Translations under genes and position numbers: made by a program
Notes under the pieces: generated by a model
What the model was told of the DNA's origin: nothing
Database searches by the model: none
Seen by the model: only the letters and a program-made list of their open reading frames with translations
In this document: positions 11,496 through 21,390 of the stretch, in pieces
Layout of the letters: the number at the start of each line of letters is the position of its first letter
How positions within the stretch are numbered: the stretch's first letter is position 1
Assembly: GCA_020536535.1 (NCBI GenBank)
Contig: JAHLWZ010000815.1
Coordinates: 53,099 to 117,098, forward strand
From: Pelomyxa schiedti
Taxonomy: Eukaryota > Protista > Evosea
Direction of reading: 5' to 3'
Length of the DNA: 64,000 nucleotides

Positions 11496-13052
11496 TCAAC
11501 TTGTGTGTGATCTGATGAAGTGTTCCCCTTTTTCGATGATAACATCGTGATCAGTTGGTGGTTTGGCTGCAGCAATATATTTCAGGGTTTGTTGCACAAG
11601 GAAGGACTTGGTAGTTGGAATTTTTGGCGCTTCTGCCCAGTCTGACAGAATGGGGTTTGGAATGTTTGAGTAACACGTGGCTTTTCGATGCAGGGTCACT
11701 GTGGAATCAGTGGTAAAATAGTTGCCCCCAGATCCCACTTGTTTGATATCCTGAAGTACGAAGTCTTTCTCCTGCAGAGAGAATCCTTCACAAAATCCAC
11801 GAATCTAGCCAGAGGTAAGGCGAGGGAATTCAAAGACTTGAAAACCTGTCTTATGATATCCTGTGCCATCACAGTGGCTACTGGGGAGAATGCTTTGGAG
11901 TCAAACACAGAGCCGACGAATGGAAGTAGTCCGTCTTGAGACAGACAGGCACTGAGATGCTGCATCCAGTATATCCCAGCTGTCAACACATCCGCATTTG
12001 TGCCATCTCCCGATCCAGAGCATCTTGCATGAGGTAAGTCATAGAAGTGCATCATGTTGCTGCATGCAACGTCCAGCAGTGTACTCTGAACAGAGGTCAA
12101 GCCCATCATATTCCGCATATCAAAAGAAACTGATATAAATCCAAATATCACAGGTGCCCCCTCTTGTAAGAGTTCGCACAAGACCAAGCCGGCAAGCAGC
12201 TCAGCTATGTGTAGGGATAGAGCCCCTGCAGGAGTGATGGGTGCTGTGGCACCAAGCATGCCGTACGCTGAATAAATGAGAGGAATGCCGTGGGCTACAG
12301 CTTCGCACACCTTGTCACCAGTCTCAGAGTTTATTACCAACGGCGTAATAGGATTAACGTACAAGGCAACAGATGGGTGAGTTCTGTTTGTAGGAATGAG
12401 GTGGTCAATTAACTCAAGACAAGGAGTTGTGAGGCCATCCTCGGAAATAAGAACAATGAGAGGCTTTGATGTGTTTGCTATCATTTCCAAAGTGCAGTAC
12501 AAGTCGGCCACTGAGGGAGGCATGTCCTGCAAAACTCCAATTGTAGAAACGATATCATATCCAGGTAAACAGTGTGATAACTTCACAGATGTAGCCATAT
12601 TCTCACGATTAAACTTGGAGAGCACATCTGTCTCTGGGTCTTGATAGTACAGATTGGTTACTCCAACACCAAAATAAGTTCCACATCCAGTGCCAAGTGT
12701 GAAGGCTAACTCGGGCTGCTCAGTGCCGGGTGAATCTGCAGCAAGAACTGGCCTCTTATAAAACGAAACCTTCCTCTTTGCAACCCTCAAAGCCCAACTT
12801 ACAATATCTGCTGAAAACCTGTTGTATTACATAAGGTGAGGGAAAAAGCCAAATCAAACTGTTTCACCTAACGCAACTGCCATCAACCGTCAAGGAAGAA
12901 GGGTCAGCAGCAGCCTTGGTGGCAAACACAGACAATGCTCTGCGTGATTCGACACGCACTCCAACTTCGGACAAAATTCTCATTGCTTGTTCATGCACAA
13001 CGGCGCACTCCCGCGTCCCCATCATAGACAGATGCGGCTGGCACTGGTTCAT
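11496..13052 (-). CDS. MttB-superfamily (trimethylamine/quaternary-amine:corrinoid) methyltransferase, non-pyrrolysine, about 488 aa; exons 13052-12868, 12818-11846, 11804-11496
   Basis: Motifs VHEQAMRILSEVGV, NTSKP, VNPITPL, GATAPITPAGAL...AELLAGLVL..L...GAPVIFG, DMR, FYDLP, FSPVATVMAQDI and DIKQVGSGGNYF. Two GT-AG introns (49 and 41 nt) restore a continuous frame. Confidence 0.9.
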
Positions 13053-13197
13053 TGTTTGTTATCTTCCCCTTGAGTGGCCGGTGGACCTACACTAGTGAGG
13101 TTTTTTTAATTTATATTTTTCAGATCGTTGGGTTTTCTGCCCTTTTTCTCCGCAGGGAATGATGCCATTCAACTGCCACATGATTTTCTTTTTTTTG

Positions 13198-13293
13198 CCC
13201 CAAAGTTTCCCCTGTAGCATCTTGCCTCTTTTCAAGTTGCATAGGCGGCAATTCCGTGCCTAGAGGCAAAATGCTGCAGAGAAAACTCTGGGG
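13198..13293 (-). other. Imperfect 32-bp hairpin with a 32-nt loop upstream of the MttB-like gene
   Basis: Arms 13198-13229 and 13262-13293. On the minus strand 4 of the 5 non-Watson-Crick positions are G-U. Confidence 0.75.
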
Positions 13294-13629
13294 TGACTGT
13301 ATTGTCATAGGATTCTCATAGGTCTGCTCCAGTGAGCGGAGCGGGCCAGACCACCGTAGGCAAAAGCGTGATTTTTGTGCTTGTTTCTGCTTGACTCTTA
13401 TTTTGTGCTTTCGTCTCTTGTGTCTCGATGTTTTGTTAGGCGAATAACCCTTATTCTACACTGAGTAAGTCTCCACCAATAATGTTGTTCTTCCATGGAA
13501 ACGCCATCCTTTACTCACACTCACTTCCCGTATAGCTTACGATCAATGTTATCTAGTTCCGTGGACATTTATTGTTGCCCTCAAAGGCACAAGTACTTTC
13601 CCAATTGGCAATGTGTATTTCGTTTGATT

Positions 13630-16600
13630 TTAAATTAGTGCAGGTGCTTTTGAGAGAAGCTTGAACAAGGACAATGACGAGCTGGTGGCTTGCCCAGGGT
13701 CAAATGCCTGTTCAAGTCAGTTGATAGTGTTTTGACAAAGATAAGGGTTTGGCACACCGGTGGGGGCGATTTAGACTCGGTCGGCTGCAGAGAATCCATT
13801 TGTGATTGCCATGCCGGAATTGGTTGGGTGCCTTTGGCTGTGATTATGGACCATGGGCAGAATGAGCGGTGCGATTTGGCGGGGTCAAAACCTCCTTCAG
13901 GGACACAGAGTGAGAGGGCCCATTGAGGTTGCTGCCGCTGTGGTCGCTCTATTTGCTGAGTTGATGTTGATGTTGTCGTTGTTGTTGATGTTGTTGCTGT
14001 TGATTGTATCTTCGGTACTTCTGATTCTACTGGTGCTTCCTCGGCAGGTTGCTTTTGTGCTGTCTTTGTTGGGCTGCGTTTTCCCTTACCTCTTTTGTTT
14101 GGGGAGGTGTCTGCAGTCATACTGTGATCGTCCTTACTTGCAATTTCAGTGGATTCGGCACCTGGACCTTCCAGATTATCGTCGCTATCGACACTGAATG
14201 TGTTATCTTTTCCATCACTCTGGTCACCATTGTTCCCACTATCGTCACTCTTTGACCCATTTACTTCACCTGCATCATTACTCTCTTCACTCAGTTTTTC
14301 CTCCTTATCAATCTCTTCGCCACTTTCACTTCTGGGACTCCCTTCAACATTACACTCACCAGTCTCATTGGCTTCTGAGTGATTACTCTCAGCATTACTG
14401 CCCTCTTCACTACCCTTATCGCTCTGCTCACCATCGTCTTTGCTACTATTTTCCTCCTCGTCACTCCCTTCAATTTCGTGGGCAAGTGGGTGGCTTTCAA
14501 CTGGCATTTCCTTTAGCACTTTCCTCTTAGATCCCATGTCCTCATCCCCACTGCCAAAAGACCGCTTCCGCCTTGAGAATGCCGGCAAGTGAATTTTCCC
14601 GGCAGCACTAGAGGTGACTGCCTCCTCGTCCTTGTTGCTGTGCTCATTGTCACTAGTATCGGAGGATGTTTTCCTGCTGTCTTCAGCCTCCCAACTGCCA
14701 TCATGTTCCTGAGGCGGAGGTGAGGCGTCACATGCATTTTTCATGCTTCCCGTGGTCTCTGGAGAAGAGTCATCAGAATTCAAGCATATTACATCAGTTG
14801 CTGCATCGCGGCTTCTAGGCTCTGGGCCTGATTGACGTGACCTTTTACGGCAACTGGATTGCTGCACTTCCTCCTCGTCGTGTGCAGGGGATGCAAGCCG
14901 CTTTCGAGGGAGCACGTCATCTGAGCTCGAACCATTGCTCTCATCGGATGGTATGCTTCTGGGAAGTTCGGCTACTTGGACTGTTTCCTCATCTTTGCTT
15001 TGGTTGGTGGAGTCATTTGAGAATTCATCTTTTGGGGGTTGTTGGTCAGCATCAGGAAGGTGTTCTGTTCTATCTTGCAGGTCACTACTGGCAGCAGGTT
15101 CACTGGTTGGGGGTTCAAGGGGAGCTTCTTGGATTGTAGTACCTTCGATTAAGTCACTGCTTGGTGTGTGCGAGGAGGTCGGTTCTGGGGTCAGTGGGTG
15201 GTGTGAAATGTCAGATGCAGTTGCTTCATTTAGAGGTTCATTTGTATTTGAGTTAGTTGCTTGTTCTTTGTTAGAGTTGGGTTCTTGCTCTTTCATTTCA
15301 TTTTTATCCTCAATATGCCCTTCCACTTGGTTTGTCAATGCATTACTTGAATTCACTAAATTAACAGCTTCTGTTTGAATCGACCCCGGTTTTTCTCCCA
15401 GCTGCATATCTTGTGAAGGAATAGCATCCACAGGTTCTGGAGGGTTGGGTATTGGTTCCCTGGAAATTGATGTTGGGGAGGCTTCAGGTGGTGTGGATTG
15501 GGGGGCTACAGGAGGCTCTTGTTGAAGAGCAGCTGATGTTGTAGTATTATTTGTACTCTCATCTTGCTGAAGATGCTGAGTGGTGGGATCTTGTGTGGCA
15601 CCCGAGGAGGCACCAGTATGAATATGGCCTGGGGCATCAGATACAGGTTTCTCACCTGAACTTGATACTCCTATCAATCGGGGCATTCCATTTAAGTTGA
15701 TACTTCTCTGGCACAAATCACAGTGAAGTTCATTTGGTTTGCAAATCCAACCAAAGAGAGACAAAATTGACTCCACCTGAGGAATTCGTTTTAGTAATCA
15801 AACCTTAGTGAAAGAAAGGAACCTTCTTTGAGTTTCCTTGAGACTCGTTGGTCGGGAACTCATTCCCGATTACGGTGGTCAGAGCTTCAAGCTTGGTGAT
15901 AGACTCCTGACTTTACTGAGAAAGAAAAATAAAATTACAAAGTAGAACAACCTGTGAAAGCGTTTCAAAGAATTTTGGGCTTAACCCAGGTATGGAGCCA
16001 TGCAAATTCTGGAATGTTTCAGAACGTTTAAGAAAATCAGGTTCTATAACATATTTGTTAAACTGGCTTGCGTATAATTTTCTTCATACTTGTACATTCT
16101 GGTTTGGAAAATGAGAGAGGTGAGGGATTGATTTTCCAGGAGCACAACGGACTGTGGCATTCAGTGAGCTGGGACTTCCACTTCTCATGTAGTTCCTTTG
16201 TTTTCTGCAGTGCTTGCCAACAGTTACACATTGGAATGGTTGATATTTACAAAAGTAATACCACTGGGAGAAAGAACGGAGGACTCCTGAGACCCAAAGA
16301 AGGCGTTGCTTCCACACACATGACAATGCAGAGTATCTTTGCCAGAATTTTGCCATCCATATCTGGAATATCATCTGTGTTAAGAATAACGCTTTCAACC
16401 ACAGATAAATATAATTTGGTACGTTACCGTGCACACTCCAGAGGGGAAATACAAGCAGGCTTAGCAAACCAATTCTCTGTTAAAAAAGAAAAAACCATGT
16501 TAGTATCATTACACAGAATATAACGAAGTGCACCTAATTTAAAAGTGGAGACTCTTTTAGCAAAGTCGGCTTTATCCCATGGTCTGCACCTGCCCGTCTC

Positions 16601-16863
16601 TCGAATCGACGTCGGTGTGCTATTTATTTTCTTAGTTTGATACGGTCACACAAAGATATGTATGGGCCAGGCCCAACGCGTACACGTGCTAAATTATGGG
16701 GGGGTGGTGCCGCTCCGGTTTTGTGTTGGTGTGGTCAGGGGAGGCGAGAGGAGGGCGCAAACTTGACGAAATTCCTCAATGCACGCAGGCTGTCTTCCAT
16801 CGTTTTTTTGTGTTGGTCCAAAAATGGCACCGTGGACACACTCGCAGTGGCACCGCCGTCCAT
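13630..16863 (-). CDS. NIPA/ZC3HC1/Rsm1-like C3HC zinc-finger protein
   Basis: CRPWDKADFAKRVSTFK, WFAKP.CISPLECA, H...CPW, LSLFGW....LHCDLCQR and C-terminal FDPAKSHRSFCPW, with a long acidic insert. Confidence 0.85.
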
Positions 16864-17041
16864 CGCCGTCAGTAGAGATTGATTGCAAATTGTCCAGAGG
16901 GCCCCTCTATACCCACCTGATGGGGATAGCAGGCCCTCATTGGGCACTCGTGTGTGGGACTGCCCACCACAATGTGACAGTGCTTGCCTCTGTGAATCCT
17001 CGTTCTGATTTGCCCCATCACAGTTTATTTTCCGCGAAACA

Positions 17042-18929
17042 ATGCAGGAACGACCACGTACACACATCACACTGACGGCGACCGTGGCCGTGTTCGTCGT
17101 GGTGTGGGTGTCGGTCAACATCGTGATATGGTATGCCTACAGCCCCGACGACGGCGACGACGGCCGCTTCGGCTTCAACGACCACAACGCGTTCTTCAAG
17201 TCCCGCCGCGGCGCCCCCGCGAACACAGGGGCGCCTGCCCGGGGCAACGCCGACCTCGGCGCTGGCGGCGCCGCGGTAATTGTGGGAGGACGAGCCGACG
17301 AAGACGACGACGGCGGCGACGAAGGAGGGAGTGCGGCGAGAGAGGCGTGCGATGTGGTGGACGTGGTTTACACGTGGGTGAATGGAAGTGACCCTGCCCA
17401 CGAGAAGCTCTTGGCAAGGTACCCCAATCCCTCCCCTCCCCTGCCCCCTTTTTCTCCCCCTTTTTTTCCCCCCTGTTTTAAATTCCCGCTCTTCCATTTC
17501 ATTGTTTTGTTATGTGCACCTTTTCTTTTTTTTTTTTTTTTTTTTTCCTTTTCCTTATATTGACTCCAAGTCACAAGAACGTTGGCTCTGCTTGGAAAAT
17601 CATGTTTCGCGACTATGGAATTTTGAGGTGTGTTCCTTGTTCCTTTTGCTACCACTTAGTGTTTCATTCTTCAGGTTTTCCATGCGGTCTATTGAGAAAC
17701 ACATGCCCTGGGCAAGAAACATCATCCTAGTTACAAATGGACAGGTACCTCTCTATCCTCTGTTTGTGTTCTATGTCTGGCATTGGTCCTTTTCCCGATT
17801 AATGAAACCTCCTTATTACAGATCCCCACTTGGGCAAACATTTCTTCACCACGGTTGAGATGGGTCACACATGACCAAATTTTCCCCCACACCAAGGATT
17901 TGCCCACTTTCAATTCAAATGCAATTGAGGCACACTTGAGTAAAATCCCAGGTAGGAGAGCAGGGAATAAATCCAATTCCTGACAAACAAACAGGAATAG
18001 CACCTTGCTTCATATACATGAACGATGATTTTTTTTTGGTATGGCTTCTCAAGTCCACAGTTGTATTAATAAAATTGTCTCAATCACCTTTCCAAGATGC
18101 AAGATGTGGAAAAGTCGATGTTTGTTGACACGAAGACTGGACAACTGAAGGTTTTCCTTGTTAAATGAAGTGCTGTGTTGGAGGGGAACTAATTCTTCAA
18201 ACAGCTCTTCATGGAGAATGCCCAGTATGCACACCACCCTCAAGAACCTTGTAAATATTGAACTCAATAAAGTCAAACAACCCACATCGAATTCAAGGGC
18301 CCCTGAATATGAGAAAGGCAAGACAAATGGGTGGTTCAGGTCCATTGCATACTCCAATGATCTCATCAATCAGTACTACCACCCGGAAGTAAATGAAACC
18401 GTCAAGCACAACTATGTTGGACACTATTGCTATTTCATTGACAAGGAAATTGCGGACACAATGTACAAAAGATGGCAAGTTGGTATGTCAGACTCTCCAG
18501 AAAATTGTGCATTTCTTTACCCACTCACTGGGCAACAGAATTTGATAGGACTTCAACCAACCGGTTTAGAGCTCCAGATGACACTGCGTTCCCTTTTTTG
18601 CATGCCAATGTGGCTCTCGAGGAATTTGGTGCCACAGTATGCTGCCAGTCCCCATCTTTTCCATGTATAATTCACATTTTCCATAGAGGAACCAAGGGGT
18701 ACCCAATGGAGGTGGGGCATGGACATCAAACCACACCAAGAATGTAGCAACATGGAACCGCATCATATCACGGAAACTGGTCTGTGTTGTCTTGCAAGAC
18801 AGGATTGACCTTGCACTTACCGCCGATGAAGAAATAAAATACCTAGAACAGCTGATGTGCAGTGTCTTCCCAACCAAAAGCACAGTAGAGAGGCATGAGC
18901 AACCAAACCCCTGTTCCTCATACAAATAA
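17042..18929 (+). CDS. Stealth-family hexose-1-phosphotransferase, type II membrane protein
   Basis: N-terminal TM segment, CR1 DVVYTWVNGSDP, and CR2 RFSMRSIEKHMPW..IILVTNGQ..PTFNSNAIE..IYMNDDFF. Confidence 0.9.
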
Positions 18930-18974
18930 ATCCAGAAATAACACAAACCAAAGATTCATTCCCAAAACAAAAAC

Positions 18975-18981
18975 AAAAAAA
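18975..18981 (-). terminator. Oligo-T (T7) Pol III-type terminator of ncRNA-2
   Basis: A7 on the plus strand directly abuts the terminal stem. Confidence 0.7.
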
Positions 18982-19424
18982 GAGAAGTGGCATCAGTCAG
19001 TGATAGGACCACATAGTTGGTTTGACTGAGGTCCATAGCAGGGTTTAGGATGACCCCGGACCCCAGATGACCTCCGCAGACCCCGTCCCCCGCCCTTTTT
19101 TGTGGGCAGCCAGATGGAGGTGTTTCATTGTCTGTCCCCGCCGTTCGCCCCGAGAGGCGCCCCCCGGCCCCTGAGCCGGCGCCACGGCGAGCCAACCCTC
19201 CGCCACGCGGGCCCCCGGGAGGGCTCAATTCGCAGCGGCAAGCGGACTCGGCACGGCGCCCAGGGGGCGGGTGGCCGGCGGGGGCATGCCCCCTACGCTA
19301 CACTCGTGGACATGCCCGGACGAGGGCGGGACCCGCGGTATCATAGTTGGATGAGTAGTTCTGATGTCAGATATCGATGTAACTATGCCAGTATTGGAGC
19401 ACTGGGTGTATTGGGCCACTTCTC
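18982..19424 (-). ncRNA. Unidentified structured ncRNA-2 (443 nt), probable paralog of ncRNA-1
   Basis: Perfect 10-bp terminal stem GAGAAGTGGC/GCCACTTCTC. A 21-bp stem (19338-19318 with 19095-19074) has 5 G-U pairs on the minus strand. Several more stems, DUSE upstream and T7 downstream. Shares the 5' GAGRAGTG start and CTACTCATC with ncRNA-1. Confidence 0.85.
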
Positions 19425-19480
19425 GAGGGTCCCCGCTGCAATGGAGCGTTTTATTTCCGTGGCGTTTCTCGTGGTTGGGA

Positions 19481-19488
19481 TTATGGGA
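19481..19488 (-). promoter_or_regulatory. DUSE-type upstream element TCCCATAA of ncRNA-2
   Basis: Matches WCCCAYAA, starts 64 nt upstream of 19424, and is followed by a second TCCCA. Confidence 0.75.
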
Positions 19489-19571
19489 AGTTTTTTCTTT
19501 CGTTTGACAAAGCCGAAGGAACAAAACGACAACAAAGGAGTAAATTTGGTCAGCCTGTTTGTTGTTGTGTT

Positions 19572-21227
19572 TCATTGTGCTGCCAGATAGGAGTCCGTTC
19601 CTGTATAGAATGACCAAATCCTGAAGTTGATGGAGCCCTCGGAGAAGTCCAGCAGTCCTTGGACAAAGAGATGCAGCTGATTACTAACGAACAGCATGTT
19701 CCCCTTGTGGTCAAAAGCTAGAGTGTCTGGCCAGACCATTGATGAAGAGTCCTGTAATGAATTATGAGAAAAATGGTTGCGTGTTCTGGGTGTACTTACA
19801 CTCACTAGTGAGAGCACATCGCCATTCCAAGTATTAATACCACTGCCCTCTAAAGAACTCAGGTAGAGCGTACCAGTATCATCAAAAGCAAGGCCGTCAC
19901 TTGCAGACAATTTGTCTCCAATGTAAACGACTGCTGATTCCAGTGTTGACTCCGATGTGGTGAAATCACGTAACAGAGAAGTGGGAATAGAGTAGAAGTC
20001 ATGGCTGGTCAGTGGACACCATACAAGTGTATTCAGGTCAGTTGATAAAGCAATACCATCTATTAAAAGTGTCAAGAAAGGAATTCACATGGAAAAATAC
20101 CTGCTCCAGTTTCCATTGGTGCATCAATAAGAACTTTGTCACCATTGATTGTTATCCACAAGTCAGGATCCGCTTGGGTACTTGAGTGCTGAATCACAAT
20201 GTAAAAACCACCATATGTTAATTGGTTGTTACATTTTGCAAAACTCTTCTAACGGTATGGCTAAGTATATCAAACACTAACAGTGCCGGGAGCAGTGGCT
20301 TTGAAGAGTCTATTGGGATTCCTGAGTCTGTGATATAACTTATAGTAGTTTGACACTTTGAAGAAAGCCACACAAATGCTTACGCAAATTGGTTGTGCAG
20401 ATCAAGGACAATGTCATTTCTTGAAGAATTGATGAGAACAAAGTTTATACCTATATACACACAAGAAAGAATCTGTTAATGAAGCTTCCGCTTCAGAAAA
20501 GGTATATCTTAGTCTCTCAGCACCAGTCTTGATATCCCAAACAACGAGTTTAATGGCACCTGTTCACCTTAAGAGGCGCGTTTACTAGTTTGGTGTTGAC
20601 CTGGTAAAGCAGCAGCACTATTGACCTTCCCCTGGTCTAAAACCCAAATATGATCATAGGGGTCAATTTCAAAGCCAAGTACACTCTAATGCAAAAGCCA
20701 TGGGAATGCAAGTAGGGGAAAAGGAAAAAAAACTTGTAAAGCAGTAGAGTTTCCCTCTTCATTCATCTCCCATGAAGGGAAAGGCTGGAGCAGTGGTTGC
20801 CCGTTTTTCATAACAACTTTGCTTAAAGTGGCTGGTACATTTTCATTCCACCTGGGTACTATTGATGTCAGTTTGCCCAATTTAACATTGATTGCTCATG
20901 TAACCTGAAACAAAAACGTCACCATCAGACGAAACTTTCACGCCAGCTGGCATGCAGTTCTTTTCCCTTCAAGAAAGAAAGAAAAAAAATTAGCAGGAAC
21001 GACATTCCAAAAAACCATCACGATACCCGCTGGTTGCAATCCATTGTGCGTGTTGTTGCTCACTCTCCCACGTAAAGTCTAGGGCTCGCCACTCATACAA
21101 CACCGTAGGCGTCACTACATCGCGTTTAATAACGGTTACCACAGAACGTATAGTGAGATCCATATGGAGAGCTACCGCACACCGCAGCACCGACCAGCGA
21201 CGCAACAACAACCAACACCAACTTCAT
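19572..21227 (-). CDS. Major royal jelly protein / yellow-family secreted beta-propeller
   Basis: Signal peptide MKLVLVVVASLVGAAVC, then YEWRALDF, VPRW..NVPATL, LQPFPSWEMN, WVLDQG, DGIALS, SDGLAFD and WPDT. Confidence 0.88.
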
Positions 21228-21390
21228 GTTTCAAATAAAATTTAGAAGCACCCACCACTCCTCACAGCACAATGAGGCCTTTCTTTCTCACACCACCCAT
21301 GTACCGTTTTGTACAACCAAGACAGCTAGAGATAACAGCCACATATCTACTCCTGTTTTTGTGGCCCTCGAGGCACAATTCCATTTTTTT

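Noticed and set aside
11969-11971. Pyrrolysine amber readthrough in the MttB-like gene
   Set aside because: There is no in-frame TAG, and the aligned codon is TAC (Tyr).
13055-13150. Cobalamin riboswitch-like words (GCCACTC..GGGAAG, AAAAGGG) before the MttB-like ATG
   Set aside because: The remaining conserved core and stems are missing, so this is probably chance.
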